A stretch of 64,000 nt of DNA from Phormidesmis sp. (GCA_965248535.1 CBDFJR010000002.1:608001-672000); one strand, 5' to 3'; positions 52,911 to 63,029 are shown, numbered from the stretch's first letter. The notes: generated from the sequence alone by a model not told the origin. Translations and numbers: made by a program.

Positions 52911-53387
52911 TTACCAATCGTCATCGCCGCCGAAAAAAAACTGACCCTCAGCGTTGAAATAGGGCGACTTCCAAACAGTCAATTCTTTATCAGGGCAGGA
53001 ATCAGATCCTTCTCCCACGCCGTAGGGGTGCATTCCACAAACCAATAAGTTGCCGCTATAAACCTGACCATGATAGTGCCGACAGCCCGCACAAACTGGA
53101 TGCTGGCTCAAGAACGGTTCAACCGTTTGCATCATCGGCTGAGTGGCCGTCTCAACCATGCCCTCAAAGCCAAAATAAGCTTCTAAAACTGGGTTGACTA
53201 ACTCGCTAACATACTGCTCAATCTCATCTGAGAAAGCCCCTTGCACCTGAACTGCAATCTCTTCTGAAACATCTACAAAGGTGTTGACCACTTCAGTGAC
53301 TTCTTTAGAGATTCCGAGAAAGAAATCTTCCATTTGGGCTGCCACTGTGTCAAGAAATTCAGAGAAATCTTTTTGCCACTCTTCCAT
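52911..53387 (-). CDS. Hypothetical protein with C-terminal Cys/His motif
   Basis: HPVCAGCRHYHG...LVCGMHPYG...CPD. Confidence 0.75.
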   Translation of the reverse strand: MEEWQKDFSEFLDTVAAQMEDFFLGISKEVTEVVNTFVDVSEEIAVQVQGAFSDEIEQYVSELVNPVLEAYFGFEGMVETATQPMMQTVEPFLSQHPVCAGCRHYHGQVYSGNLLVCGMHPYGVGEGSDSCPDKELTVWKSPYFNAEGQFFFGGDDDW

Positions 53388-53765
53388 AATCTTCTTAGCC
53401 GGGGCTGCTTTTACCGGGTTTGTTTTTTAAGTGAGTTAAGGGTTTGCTCAAGCTCCCTCTTTGAAATGATGGGTAGATGGCGCTCAAGCACTAACTCTAG
53501 ATGAAGTCTATCTGAGGAATGATTTTTGACATCATAGCTCGAATTTCTGGGTTTAAACGTAACGGAACGTAGCGCGATCGCTGACATCATCTCCCTTCAC
53601 TCAAGCAAAAAGTTTTGAAAAATGATCCTAAAGAATCACAATAGAAATATTTTGTTAACTTGCTTAAAAGACCTTAACTAAACTCATCGATCAATAATCC
53701 TGACGCTAGAGGCAACTCAACTCCTGAGTCTCTTATTTTAGAGTCAAGACCTTTGATGAACGTCG

Positions 53766-53927
53766 ATGAATCATTTAATTTTAACGATCGTGGTTTTGGG
53801 TTTGCTCTTAATGCTGCTGCTGGCTCCTTTTTCGGGGCTGGCGCTGCTGATGATGGTCGTTTTAGTGGCAGCGATCGGCTGGACGGTCTGGCAACTGCTG
53901 GTCACCTTGGTCAGGGGAGACCCCTAA
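53766..53927 (+). CDS. Small two-helix membrane protein (absent from the ORF track)
   Basis: Hand translation: MNHLILTIVVLGLLLMLLLAPFSGLALLMMVVLVAAIGWTVWQLLVTLVRGDP* (53 aa). Confidence 0.65.
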   Translation: MNHLILTIVVLGLLLMLLLAPFSGLALLMMVVLVAAIGWTVWQLLVTLVRGDP

Positions 53928-54116
53928 GACTCAAAAGCGGCGATCGCGGGTGTTTTGTTGGCTTTAAACTATTGGACAGAGTGAGATGGCACAATCAACA
54001 TCTACCCTCTGACATTTGTTCTGGACTGTGGTCACCTGGAACGTATCCTTAACCTCCAGATAAGCTGTCTCACCTCCAGAACGCCCTTCACACCTCGCAA
54101 TTTTTAAGCTAAACCC

Positions 54117-54929
54117 ATGAAGTCTTACCTGGCTGCCGCAATTCAAATGAATAGTCTGCCCGACTTGCACAAAAACCTAGCTCAGGCAGAAGACCTAATT
54201 GACCTGGCCGTTCGCCGGGGCGCAGAGCTAGTCGGGTTGCCAGAAAACTTCTCATTTTTAGGAGACGAAGACGCAAAGCTGGCTCAGTCAGACTCGATCG
54301 CTCAAGAAAGTGAGAAATTTATCAAGACGATGGCTCAACGCTTTCAGGTTTCGATCTTGGGCGGTGGCTTTCCGGTTCCGGTAGAGGGGGGCAAAGTTTA
54401 TAACACGGCTCTCCTCATCGATCGCAGTGGGCAAGAAGTGGCTCGTTATGAAAAAGTCCACTTATTTGATGTCAATCTGCCCGATGGCAACACCTACCAA
54501 GAGTCTCAGACGGTGCTGGCAGGGTTGCGGGTTCCTCCCGTCTACCCCTCTAAAGAGTTGGGCAATCTGGGGCTGTCAGTCTGCTATGACGTGCGGTTTC
54601 CAGAGCTTTATCGCCAACTGTCGCAGATGGGGGCTGAGGTGCTGTTTGTTCCGGCGGCGTTTACGGCCTATACAGGCAAAGATCACTGGCAAGTGTTGCT
54701 GCAAGCGAGAGCGATCGAAAACACCTGCTATGTGATTGCCCCGGCTCAAACGGGTCGCCACAACTCGATTAGGCAATCTCATGGGCACGCAATGATCATT
54801 GACCCTTGGGGCGTGATCTTAGCTGACGCGGGAGACGCACCGGGGGTGGCGATCGCCGCGATCGAGCCTGCCCGTTTAGAGCAAGTGCGTCGCCAAATGC
54901 CCTCGCTGCACCATCGGGTTTTTGTCTAA
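54117..54929 (+). CDS. Carbon-nitrogen hydrolase (Nit1-like)
   Basis: LPENF, YEKVHLFDV, SVCYDVRFPE and ARAIENTCY. Confidence 0.93.
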   Translation: MKSYLAAAIQMNSLPDLHKNLAQAEDLIDLAVRRGAELVGLPENFSFLGDEDAKLAQSDSIAQESEKFIKTMAQRFQVSILGGGFPVPVEGGKVYNTALLIDRSGQEVARYEKVHLFDVNLPDGNTYQESQTVLAGLRVPPVYPSKELGNLGLSVCYDVRFPELYRQLSQMGAEVLFVPAAFTAYTGKDHWQVLLQARAIENTCYVIAPAQTGRHNSIRQSHGHAMIIDPWGVILADAGDAPGVAIAAIEPARLEQVRRQMPSLHHRVFV

Positions 54930-54984
54930 GGCAACCACCCTGACCCGATCATCACGATTCAATATGACGAATAGGGCATAACCC

Positions 54985-56475
54985 ATGATTGCTTCTCTTC
55001 TTGGGCTAGACCTTGGGAATGGACTTGACCTCACCAGCCCGATCGCGCCTCTTTTGGCGGCAGCCACTGCCCCCGATCGTAGCTCGCTCGTGCTGGCTAG
55101 CGTTTTGCTGAGTTTGGTGATCATCTATGTTGCCAGCAAACTAGGCGGCGAACTGTGTGCCCGCATTGACCTTCCACCCGTCTTGGGCGAATTGGTGGGG
55201 GGCGTTGTGGTCGGCGTTTCGGCGCTGCATCTGCTGGTGTTTCCCGATAGTGGCATTGATGCCAGCAGTTCTCTAATTATGCAGGTGCTTCAGATCAGCG
55301 CTCACCTAAGCTCTGATGGGCTGACGGCAGTCTTTCAGGCTCAGAGTGACGTGATCTCGGTGTTGGCAGAAATCGGGATTGTGATTTTGCTGTTTGAGAT
55401 TGGGCTGGAGTCTGATCTTGAAGACCTGATTCGAGTCGGGCCGCAAGCGGCGATCGTTGCCACCATTGGGGTTATCACTCCTTTCACGCTGGGCACGGTG
55501 GGGCTAATGGTGCTCTTTAATATCGCTGCCATTCCTGCGGTTTTTGCTGGGGCGGCGTTGACGGCAACCAGCATCGGCATCACGGCTAGAGTGTTGGCAG
55601 AGCTTGGGCAACTCGGCTCTAGAGAAGGGCAAATCATCGTCAGTGCAGCCGTGCTAGATGATGTGTTGGGCATTATTGTGCTGGCGGTGGTGGCTGGTTT
55701 AGCAAAAACAGGCGAAGTGCAGGTCAGCACGATCCTTCGCCTGACGATCAGCGCTGGAGTCTTTTTAGTCGGCTCGATCTGGGTTGGGCGGCTGCTCAAT
55801 CCATTGTTCGTCGCTCTCGTCAACGAGTTGAGAACGAGAGGACAACTGCTGATCACCGCCTTGATGTTTGCTTTTGTGCTCTCTTATGTGGCGGCTGTGA
55901 TTCAGCTAGAGGCGATTTTGGGTGCGTTTGCTGCGGGGTTGATTCTGGCAGAGACCGAAAAACGTGAGGAACTCAAAGAGCAAGTGGTGCCGATCGCGGA
56001 TATGTGGGTGCCAATTTTCTTTGTCGTGGTGGGTGCCAAAACGGATATCAGTGTCCTCAATCCCTTTGTGCCAGCCAATCGTGAGGGGCTGATCATGGCG
56101 GCGTTTTTGGTGGTGGTGGCGATCGTGGGCAAGGTGATCACCGGGTTCACTTTAGTTGGGCAGCCGTCGCTCAATCGCTGGGCGATCGGGGTGGGCATGA
56201 TTCCGCGGGGTGAAGTCGGGCTGGTGTTTGCGGCTATTGGGGCTTCTAGCGGAGTGTTGCCTAATTCGTTGCAGGCGGCGATCGTGGTGATGGTGATTTT
56301 GACGACCTTTGTTGCGCCTCCTCTGCTGCGGGTGGCGTTTTCAAATCAGGCGGCTGCGATCGTTCTTTCTGAAGATGCAGTGATTTTGAATCCTTCTGAT
56401 TTAGAGGATGCGATCGGGGAGGATTCAGTTACAGAAACCCCACTGCTAGACGATCAGGAGACCACCAGTGAATAG
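54985..56475 (+). CDS. Cation:proton (Na+/H+) antiporter, CPA2 family
   Basis: LLFEIGLESD, ATSIGIT, AAVLDDVLG and GMIPRGEVG. Confidence 0.93.
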   Translation: MIASLLGLDLGNGLDLTSPIAPLLAAATAPDRSSLVLASVLLSLVIIYVASKLGGELCARIDLPPVLGELVGGVVVGVSALHLLVFPDSGIDASSSLIMQVLQISAHLSSDGLTAVFQAQSDVISVLAEIGIVILLFEIGLESDLEDLIRVGPQAAIVATIGVITPFTLGTVGLMVLFNIAAIPAVFAGAALTATSIGITARVLAELGQLGSREGQIIVSAAVLDDVLGIIVLAVVAGLAKTGEVQVSTILRLTISAGVFLVGSIWVGRLLNPLFVALVNELRTRGQLLITALMFAFVLSYVAAVIQLEAILGAFAAGLILAETEKREELKEQVVPIADMWVPIFFVVVGAKTDISVLNPFVPANREGLIMAAFLVVVAIVGKVITGFTLVGQPSLNRWAIGVGMIPRGEVGLVFAAIGASSGVLPNSLQAAIVVMVILTTFVAPPLLRVAFSNQAAAIVLSEDAVILNPSDLEDAIGEDSVTETPLLDDQETTSE

Positions 56476-56683
56476 TTGATCGAAATGCAGAAATCTCGGT
56501 GAAAGCGATGACTAGCGATTTTGTTCACATTATTTATTTCAGCGTCATTCCTAGTCTTTGTAGTCAAACGAGCGACTGTATTGCTGTTGGCGATCTCAAT
56601 CATTTTTTTCTTGCCCAAGCTGCCCCGCGCAACTTATTGAGGTGACATTCGTCAGGGCATAGGCCGTTGAAAAAATAAATGCT

Positions 56684-57220
56684 ATGACCTCTCCTCAAAA
56701 ACGCCGACAATTCCTAAGCTACTTGCTGAGTGGTGGGGTGGGAACGGTCGCGATCGGGTTTCTGTTTCCCAGCATTAGCCAAAGCCGAGAAGTCGATCTA
56801 GAAGATCTCTGCGCCTCATTTCCCTATAATTCTCGCTGCAAAGATTATCTTCCCGGTGTGAGAGCGCTCGACAGTCAGAAAACGCCCCTTGGTGCTGATG
56901 CGGTTTTGGCAGCCTCTAAGCCCGGAACTCCGGTGCCCGTTGGCGGGCTAGCCACCCAAGATCCCGTTTATCTGGTGATCAATCAGGGTCCAAAAATTGC
57001 AGAATATGCCCTTCGACCCGTTTGCACTCATCTAGGCTGCACCGTCGAGTGGAAAGCAGACCGCAATCACTTCGTTTGCCCCTGTCATGGCTCTCAATAT
57101 GATGCTCAGGGTCGAGTCGTTCATGGCCCGGCCAAACGATCTTTGCCGTTGTCAACGGTGATTGTCAAACAAAATCAGATTCGTCTCGTCGATCGTGCTC
57201 CAGCGATCGACCCTCGATAG
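56684..57220 (+). CDS. Rieske 2Fe-2S protein (PetC paralogue)
   Basis: Tat-like KRRQFL, CTHLGC and CPCHGS. Confidence 0.9.
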   Translation: MTSPQKRRQFLSYLLSGGVGTVAIGFLFPSISQSREVDLEDLCASFPYNSRCKDYLPGVRALDSQKTPLGADAVLAASKPGTPVPVGGLATQDPVYLVINQGPKIAEYALRPVCTHLGCTVEWKADRNHFVCPCHGSQYDAQGRVVHGPAKRSLPLSTVIVKQNQIRLVDRAPAIDPR

Positions 57221-57316
57221 TTCAACTCTTGTCAGGGGAGTTTTAAGGGGAATTTTAGCGGCTTCTTGTGCCTGCCTGCTGTGCATCGCAGTAGTGGACG
57301 CATCAAGCCGTCTGCC

Positions 57317-59902
57317 CTAAAGTCGGGGATCAACGGGTTCGCTTTCTAAAGCCAAAATGCCAAACACGCATTCGTGAACGCGACGGAGCGGCTCTTGGGC
57401 AACAAACCGCTCTAGCGCCTCAACACCGAGGGCAAATTCTCTCAGGGCCAGCGATCGCTTGGCTGACAAGCCGCGTTGCCGCAATCGCTCTAGATTTTTA
57501 GGCAGTGAATAGTCTGGGCCATAAATAATTCGCAAATAGTCTTGACCTCGACACTTCACCGCAGGCTGAATCAGGCGACGATCGCGCTGAACCACAAAAT
57601 CCAGGGGTTTGATCACCATGCCTTCACCGCCCTGCTGGGTCAGGGTTTTCCACCAATTTTCTCCGGCTTCTTGGCTGGCCGTGTCGTCTAGATTCACGAC
57701 CTGATAAGCCGTTGCCTTTAACAAGGTCGGGTCAGCTTGGGCGATCGTGGCGATGTGCTGCAAATGCCAGAGGTGAGTTTTGTCGAGATGCACGGCTCCC
57801 TCGGTGGCAAGAATGTGAAAGGGAGCCAGGTTTAGATCAGCGATCGTGGTCACCGTCCAGCAATAGCGACGATAGGCCGCCACATAGCGATCGGCGAGAT
57901 GCGATCGCTGCTGATAGCGTTGCAGATGAGACTCGACCTCTATGCCGCGCTGTTGGGCTTGTTTGAGCAGCGCTACAGCATCGGTGAGCGCCACTCGTGC
58001 TGCCCGTCCTACGGGAGCATATTGATCGCGCAAAAGTCCCTGTGCTTTGGCTGACCAGGGCATCAGTTCACAGTCGAGACATACCCAATCGGTCTGAAAG
58101 TCTTGCCAAAAGCCGCTGGCTGAGAGGGCCGTTTGCACACGGGTCAAAAACTCGGCTTCTAAAGCAGGATCGTCAAAAAACTGCCGTCCGGTGCGGGTGT
58201 AGCAGATGCCCACACTGCCATCGGTGACTCCAAAGCGCTGGCTGGCAGATTGAGCAGTTTGACAGACGATCGTGACTGCCCGCGACCCCATGTGTTTCTC
58301 TTCGCAGACCACTTGGGAAAGGCCCTGCTTGCGATAATAGGCAAACGCCTGGGCGGGATGTTCTAAAAACTCAGGCTGCGTCGAAGTCTCAACCGGAGAC
58401 ATCGTGGGCGGCAGATAAATCAGCCAGTTGGGATGGGCGGCAAAACGGCTGATCACTTCTAAGGCGGCGATCGCGTTCTCTTCTCGAATCGTGATGTTGG
58501 GCTGCAATCGCGTAGAGATCAGGCGTTTGCCCAACACATCGGTGATGTCTAACACGCCATCGGCTGCTTGTTGAGGCGTTAACTCACCCTCAGTTTGAGG
58601 CATGATCAGGGGTCGAATGGGTTCGCAATAGACGCGATCGGCCGGAACCGACACCCACTCTTTTTCGGGATAGCGCAATGCCGTTAATCGCCCGCCAAAC
58701 ACGCAGCCTGTATCGATATTCAGGGTGTTGTTGAGCCAAACAGGGTCGGGAATCGGTGTGTGCCCGTAGACCACCATGGCAGCGCCCCGATAGTCAGAAG
58801 CCCAGTTATAGCGGACGGGTAGCCCAAAGTCGTCAATTTCTCCGGTGGTTTCTCCATAGAGAGCAAATTCTCGCACTTGCCCAGAGCCGCGCCCTTGATA
58901 GGCTTGCTTCATGCCCGCGTGGGCGACAACCAGACGACCGTCGTCTAGCACATAGTGACTCACGAGCGAGTCTAGAAAGGTTTGAATGTCTTGCACAAAA
59001 GGCCGGCGAGTCTCCTCAGATAAGGCCTCAATTTCGGCAAGGCTTTGCTCTAGCCCGTGGCTAACCCGAACGTTTTGACCTTTGAGCTTTCGCAGCAGTT
59101 TAGCATCGTGATTGCCCGGAACACAGAGCGCATCGCCCGTGGCGACCATGTTGGCAGCGAGTTTTAAAGTGTCGAGAATGCGAGGGCCGCGATCGACCAA
59201 ATCTCCTAAGAAAACTGCTTTGCGGCCTTGGGGATGCCGATAGGTTAAAGAGTCTGCAAAGGGATGATTTTCGGCGGTTGGCATCGCCTCGTAGCCGAGG
59301 GTTTGCAGCAGTGTTTCCAGTTCATCGCAACATCCATGCACGTCGCCAATGATGTCAAAGGGCCCGTGTTCGTGTTTGCGATTTGTCCACAGGGGCTGAC
59401 GCTCGATCGTCACTGATTGAATGTCTTCTAGCGATGACAGAATGTGAATGTGACGAAAGCCTTCGCGCTGTAGCCCTTTAAGCGACCGCTGAATATTTTG
59501 CACATGGCGACGCACCACATGAGCACCAAACCCCCGATCGGGCCGCTGCTGATTGCGGTCGTGGCAGAGTTGCTCAGACAAATTCAGCACGATCGCCACG
59601 GGAATGCAGTGATAGTCACGCGCCAGTTTGATCAGAGGTTTACGATCGTCTGCTTGAGTGCTGGTGGCATCGATCACGGTGAGCTTTCCGGCGGCTAGTC
59701 GCTTTGCCGCGATGTAGTGCAGCACATCAAACGCATCGCGGGTGGCATCTTGATTGGTTTCGTCGTCGGAGACTAAGCCCCGACAGACATCTGAGGAGAT
59801 AATTTCGGTTGGCAAAAAGTGGCGGTGGGCAAAGGTCGATTTACCAGAACCCGATGCACCAATTAACACGACTAACGACAATTCAGGAACGGTTAATTTC
59901 AT
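57317..59902 (-). CDS. pnkp: Bacterial polynucleotide kinase-phosphatase-ligase Pnkp
   Basis: P-loop GASGSGKST, metallophosphoesterase GDVHG / GDLVDRG / GNHD / GHT, ligase motif I EEKHMGSR, EGMVIKP and C-terminal ESEPVDPRL. Confidence 0.95.
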   Translation of the reverse strand: MKLTVPELSLVVLIGASGSGKSTFAHRHFLPTEIISSDVCRGLVSDDETNQDATRDAFDVLHYIAAKRLAAGKLTVIDATSTQADDRKPLIKLARDYHCIPVAIVLNLSEQLCHDRNQQRPDRGFGAHVVRRHVQNIQRSLKGLQREGFRHIHILSSLEDIQSVTIERQPLWTNRKHEHGPFDIIGDVHGCCDELETLLQTLGYEAMPTAENHPFADSLTYRHPQGRKAVFLGDLVDRGPRILDTLKLAANMVATGDALCVPGNHDAKLLRKLKGQNVRVSHGLEQSLAEIEALSEETRRPFVQDIQTFLDSLVSHYVLDDGRLVVAHAGMKQAYQGRGSGQVREFALYGETTGEIDDFGLPVRYNWASDYRGAAMVVYGHTPIPDPVWLNNTLNIDTGCVFGGRLTALRYPEKEWVSVPADRVYCEPIRPLIMPQTEGELTPQQAADGVLDITDVLGKRLISTRLQPNITIREENAIAALEVISRFAAHPNWLIYLPPTMSPVETSTQPEFLEHPAQAFAYYRKQGLSQVVCEEKHMGSRAVTIVCQTAQSASQRFGVTDGSVGICYTRTGRQFFDDPALEAEFLTRVQTALSASGFWQDFQTDWVCLDCELMPWSAKAQGLLRDQYAPVGRAARVALTDAVALLKQAQQRGIEVESHLQRYQQRSHLADRYVAAYRRYCWTVTTIADLNLAPFHILATEGAVHLDKTHLWHLQHIATIAQADPTLLKATAYQVVNLDDTASQEAGENWWKTLTQQGGEGMVIKPLDFVVQRDRRLIQPAVKCRGQDYLRIIYGPDYSLPKNLERLRQRGLSAKRSLALREFALGVEALERFVAQEPLRRVHECVFGILALESEPVDPRL

Positions 59903-61293
59903 AGGGCTAGTTGCTCAAAAACGGCCATTTGGGTCGGTGAACCTACGATCGGGTCATGGCGGCCAATGCCTTCAAACCTGACGGTGTATCTAAACCGTTG
60001 AGCAACGTTATTAGCCCAAGTTTGAAACTCTTGGCGAGTCCATTCAAAACGGTGATCTTTGTGGCGAAGAGATCCGTGAGCCAGTCCAGCAAAGTTGACG
60101 TTATAGTCCACATTGGGCGTAGTGACGATCGCAACGTTGGGGTGAGCAAACTCAAACACCACCCGTTCGAGGGCGGCTAATCTCGGCAGGTCTAAATGTT
60201 CGATCACTTCGATCAGAGTTGCGCCTTCATAGCCATTGCATCGGCGATCGCGATAGGTCAGCGCCCCTTGCATCAGGTGAATTCGTTCGCGCTGTTGAGA
60301 GCCTAGCAATAGCTGATCAAGGCGTTTTTGGGCGATTTCTAGCGATCGATATGAGACATCAACGCCAGTAATTTGTGTAAAGAAATTGTCTTTGGCTAAA
60401 ACTTGCAGCAGATTTCCTTCTCCGCACCCTAAATCAATCACTCGTTTTACTTGGCACTGTTTTAGCGTTGCCGTAACTGTTTCGAGTCGTTGCTGATTGA
60501 GACTGACTGATTTCTCAAGATCGGCTTCTTCTTGATAACGAGTGTGTTCATAAGTCTCTAACCCTGGCGTTTCTTCAGAGATTAACTGGGCGAGGGCTGC
60601 TTGTGTTAGAGTCCGTTCTCGTTTGAGATATTGCCGTGTGATCTGCACTTTTTCGGGATGGGTTGATAACCATCCGTCTCCATGTCGCAGGAGCTTCTCA
60701 ATTTCTTCCTCTCCGACCCAATAGTGCTTATCCTCATCTAATACTGGAATCAGCACATAGAGATGACTCAACAGTTTTTTTAGCGGTATTTCTGCGTCTA
60801 GCTCAACGCTAAAATAGCGACTCTCTCCCCATTCAGAAAACTGTTCGTCTAGGGAATGCGATGTTGTTTTAACGGTGTATCCTAGGGGTTCAAAAAGCCG
60901 ATGCAAAAAAGTTTGACCTTGACGACAGGGCACGATCGATAGCGTTGCTTTAAGCGGAATTGCCCGATTCACCAGATCGGGACGATCGTGACTTCGACCC
61001 GACAGCGCCGAGCCAAATAGTTGGGCGATCGCGACACTCAAAAAAGAGGAGGCAACATAGGGGCGATCGTTCACATAGTGCTCTAGTGCAGAACCCGACT
61101 GACCTCGCACCAATCGCACCGGATCGATTTCTAACAGCAAAACGGCTGTGCAGCGATCAACCGTTGCTTCTGAATAAAAAACCTGGGCCTGCCCAAACGA
61201 TAAATCAAACGTTTGACAGCGATCGGGGTGTTTGTGCAGCAAATATCCCAAATCGGTTGCTGGAGAATGAGTGGTGCTAATGGTCAGAAGCAT
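59899..61293 (-). CDS. hen1: 3'-terminal RNA ribose 2'-O-methyltransferase Hen1
   Basis: ATDLGYLLHKHP, YVNDRPYVASS, DLGCGEG, EVIEH and RHKDHRFEWTR. Its stop overlaps the pnkp start. Confidence 0.95.
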   Translation of the reverse strand: MLLTISTTHSPATDLGYLLHKHPDRCQTFDLSFGQAQVFYSEATVDRCTAVLLLEIDPVRLVRGQSGSALEHYVNDRPYVASSFLSVAIAQLFGSALSGRSHDRPDLVNRAIPLKATLSIVPCRQGQTFLHRLFEPLGYTVKTTSHSLDEQFSEWGESRYFSVELDAEIPLKKLLSHLYVLIPVLDEDKHYWVGEEEIEKLLRHGDGWLSTHPEKVQITRQYLKRERTLTQAALAQLISEETPGLETYEHTRYQEEADLEKSVSLNQQRLETVTATLKQCQVKRVIDLGCGEGNLLQVLAKDNFFTQITGVDVSYRSLEIAQKRLDQLLLGSQQRERIHLMQGALTYRDRRCNGYEGATLIEVIEHLDLPRLAALERVVFEFAHPNVAIVTTPNVDYNVNFAGLAHGSLRHKDHRFEWTRQEFQTWANNVAQRFRYTVRFEGIGRHDPIVGSPTQMAVFEQLAL

Positions 61294-61452
61294 TGAAGGT
61301 TGGGTGTCCGTTTTCAGTCCTGCTTTCTCGACTTTACACTAATTTTCCTTTCGTGCTCCCGCCATCGCTCTCTGATTACTGGTGGACTTTTAGCCTTAGC
61401 CTTGGAGGATTTAAGGGACAATTTATGCCGTGATTTAGCAACGCCCGTTTCG

Positions 61453-61752
61453 CTACGATTGCCAGGTTGCCACCGGGCGCAAAACTGCCGGAATCTCTTC
61501 GATGTCTGCCGGAAACTCTAATATCGTCTCCGATAACCCCAAATAACCCGACTCTGAAAACGACAGCAACATTCGCTGCAACGCTAGCCAAACTTCTGGC
61601 TCATATTCCCAATCACGCCCTCGACTGGCGCGGCCCGCGATCGATTTCAGCGCCCAAAAATAGCTGTTTCGCACCACCGATCCACCCTTCTTAAACGGGG
61701 GAACGTCTTCGTGGTGCAGCAGCACAATCTCGTCTTTAAGTGTGGCTCTCAT
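61453..61752 (-). CDS. Hypothetical protein
   Basis: 99-aa ORF (KKGGSVVRNSYFWALKSIA) between rbp and hen1. Confidence 0.7.
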   Translation of the reverse strand: MRATLKDEIVLLHHEDVPPFKKGGSVVRNSYFWALKSIAGRASRGRDWEYEPEVWLALQRMLLSFSESGYLGLSETILEFPADIEEIPAVLRPVATWQS

Positions 61753-61829
61753 GGTTTAAATCAGAAAGACCCTGAGCCGACAGACAAACGCTGCCTAAGC
61801 TCAAGGTCTCATTCTCAATAAAGATTGTT

Positions 61830-62141
61830 TTAGTAGCGCTCAGAGAAACTACTCCGCCCGCCGCCACGATTGCCACCGCCACGACTGCCACCATTGTCTT
61901 CACGGGGCTTTGCTTTGTTGACTCTTAAATCGCGACCCATCCATTCGGCCCCGTCTAGGGCCTCGATCGCCGCCGATTCTTGAGCGTCTGTTTCCATCTC
62001 AACAAACCCAAACCCGCGCATTCGCCCTGTTTCACGATCGGTCGGAAGCTGAACTCGCTTGACTGCGCCATATTCTGAAAAGACAGCAGAAAGGTCTTCT
62101 TGCGTAACCTCGTAAGAAAGGTTACCAACGTAAATCGACAT
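61830..62141 (-). CDS. RRM RNA-binding protein with Gly-rich tail (Rbp family)
   Basis: MSIYVGNLSY (RNP2), RGFGFVEM (RNP1) and LDGAEWMGR. Confidence 0.96.
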   Translation of the reverse strand: MSIYVGNLSYEVTQEDLSAVFSEYGAVKRVQLPTDRETGRMRGFGFVEMETDAQESAAIEALDGAEWMGRDLRVNKAKPREDNGGSRGGGNRGGGRSSFSERY

Positions 62142-62279
62142 CGAAGAAATCTCCAGAACCAGAAATTGCAGAGAGGTTAGATTTGGAGACGGACTTGCTA
62201 TCAAAAACGAAGCCCTCAACCGAATTTAACACCCTCTCTAAATTTAACACAAATCACCTAATCGCAATAGTATAGCTCT

Positions 62280-63029
62280 TCAACGAATTCGATAGAAATC
62301 TATACCATCTGTGCTTTTAAGATGATTCTGATCTAGAACCCTGAGCTGATCAAAGTTTCCAGAACAATGACCAAGCACGGAATCAAACACAGTATTACGA
62401 GGTGAAAAATTTCCGCATTTCAGGTTGACATAGCTGCCGTATACATAATAGCTTCCCCACATTTCAACCTCGACGCTCCGTGCAGTTGAGTGCATCCTCA
62501 TCGCATATGTCCTATTTGAACCAATCGTTATAGTCATGATTGCTGAAGGTGCCATCTGCGCTCTCCATATACCAGCCACATTCACTGTGAGTTTTGGAGG
62601 AGGACTTGGAGGAGGGCTTGCGGGGACTTGGAGGAGGACTTGGAGGAGGACTTGGAGGAGGACTTGGAGGAGGAGAGAGTCGAACGAAGGGCTGAAGGTG
62701 CCATTTGCGCTCTCCACATACCAGCCACATTCACTGGGCGTTCCGGAGGAGGAGGGGGTAGGACTGGGAGTAGGAGAGTTCCGAGTTAGTAAATCAGATA
62801 GATGCTTCGCCACATCAGTTACGCTAGAAGCCCCGATTCCAATGATGGTGATGATAAAAGCCCCGATTCCTATAAAGACAGAGATGGCAGCCTTCGTCCG
62901 ACCGGATGATCGATTAAAAAAGAAGAAATTAATAAACAAAAATGTAGCTACGGTTAAAGCACTGATGCCTAACGGAGATTTTGACGCTGCTGCAATAATG
63001 TCTGGGAGATTGGTGAAAAAGGCTACCAT
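62280..63029 (-). CDS. Hypothetical membrane protein with Pro-rich repeat region and internal duplication
   Basis: Two N-terminal TM helices (IIAAASKSPLGISAL) and a repeat-laden linker. The reading frame in 62590-62745 looks scrambled. Confidence 0.55.
   Translation of the reverse strand: MVAFFTNLPDIIAAASKSPLGISALTVATFLFINFFFFNRSSGRTKAAISVFIGIGAFIITIIGIGASSVTDVAKHLSDLLTRNSPTPSPTPSSSGTPSECGWYVESANGTFSPSFDSLLLQVLLQVLLQVLLQVPASPPPSPPPKLTVNVAGIWRAQMAPSAIMTITIGSNRTYAMRMHSTARSVEVEMWGSYYVYGSYVNLKCGNFSPRNTVFDSVLGHCSGNFDQLRVLDQNHLKSTDGIDFYRIR
62593..62673. repeat. 12-bp tandem repeat ACTTGGAGGAGG
   Basis: Four perfect copies at 62626-62673, one at 62604-62615 and a partial copy before it. Confidence 0.9.

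Noticed and set aside
53753..54052. 99-aa ORF
   Set aside because: Off-frame reading of the more plausible 53-aa membrane ORF.
62593..62673. CRISPR array
   Set aside because: Contiguous 12-bp units with no spacers and no cas genes. No CRISPR array was seen anywhere in the window.
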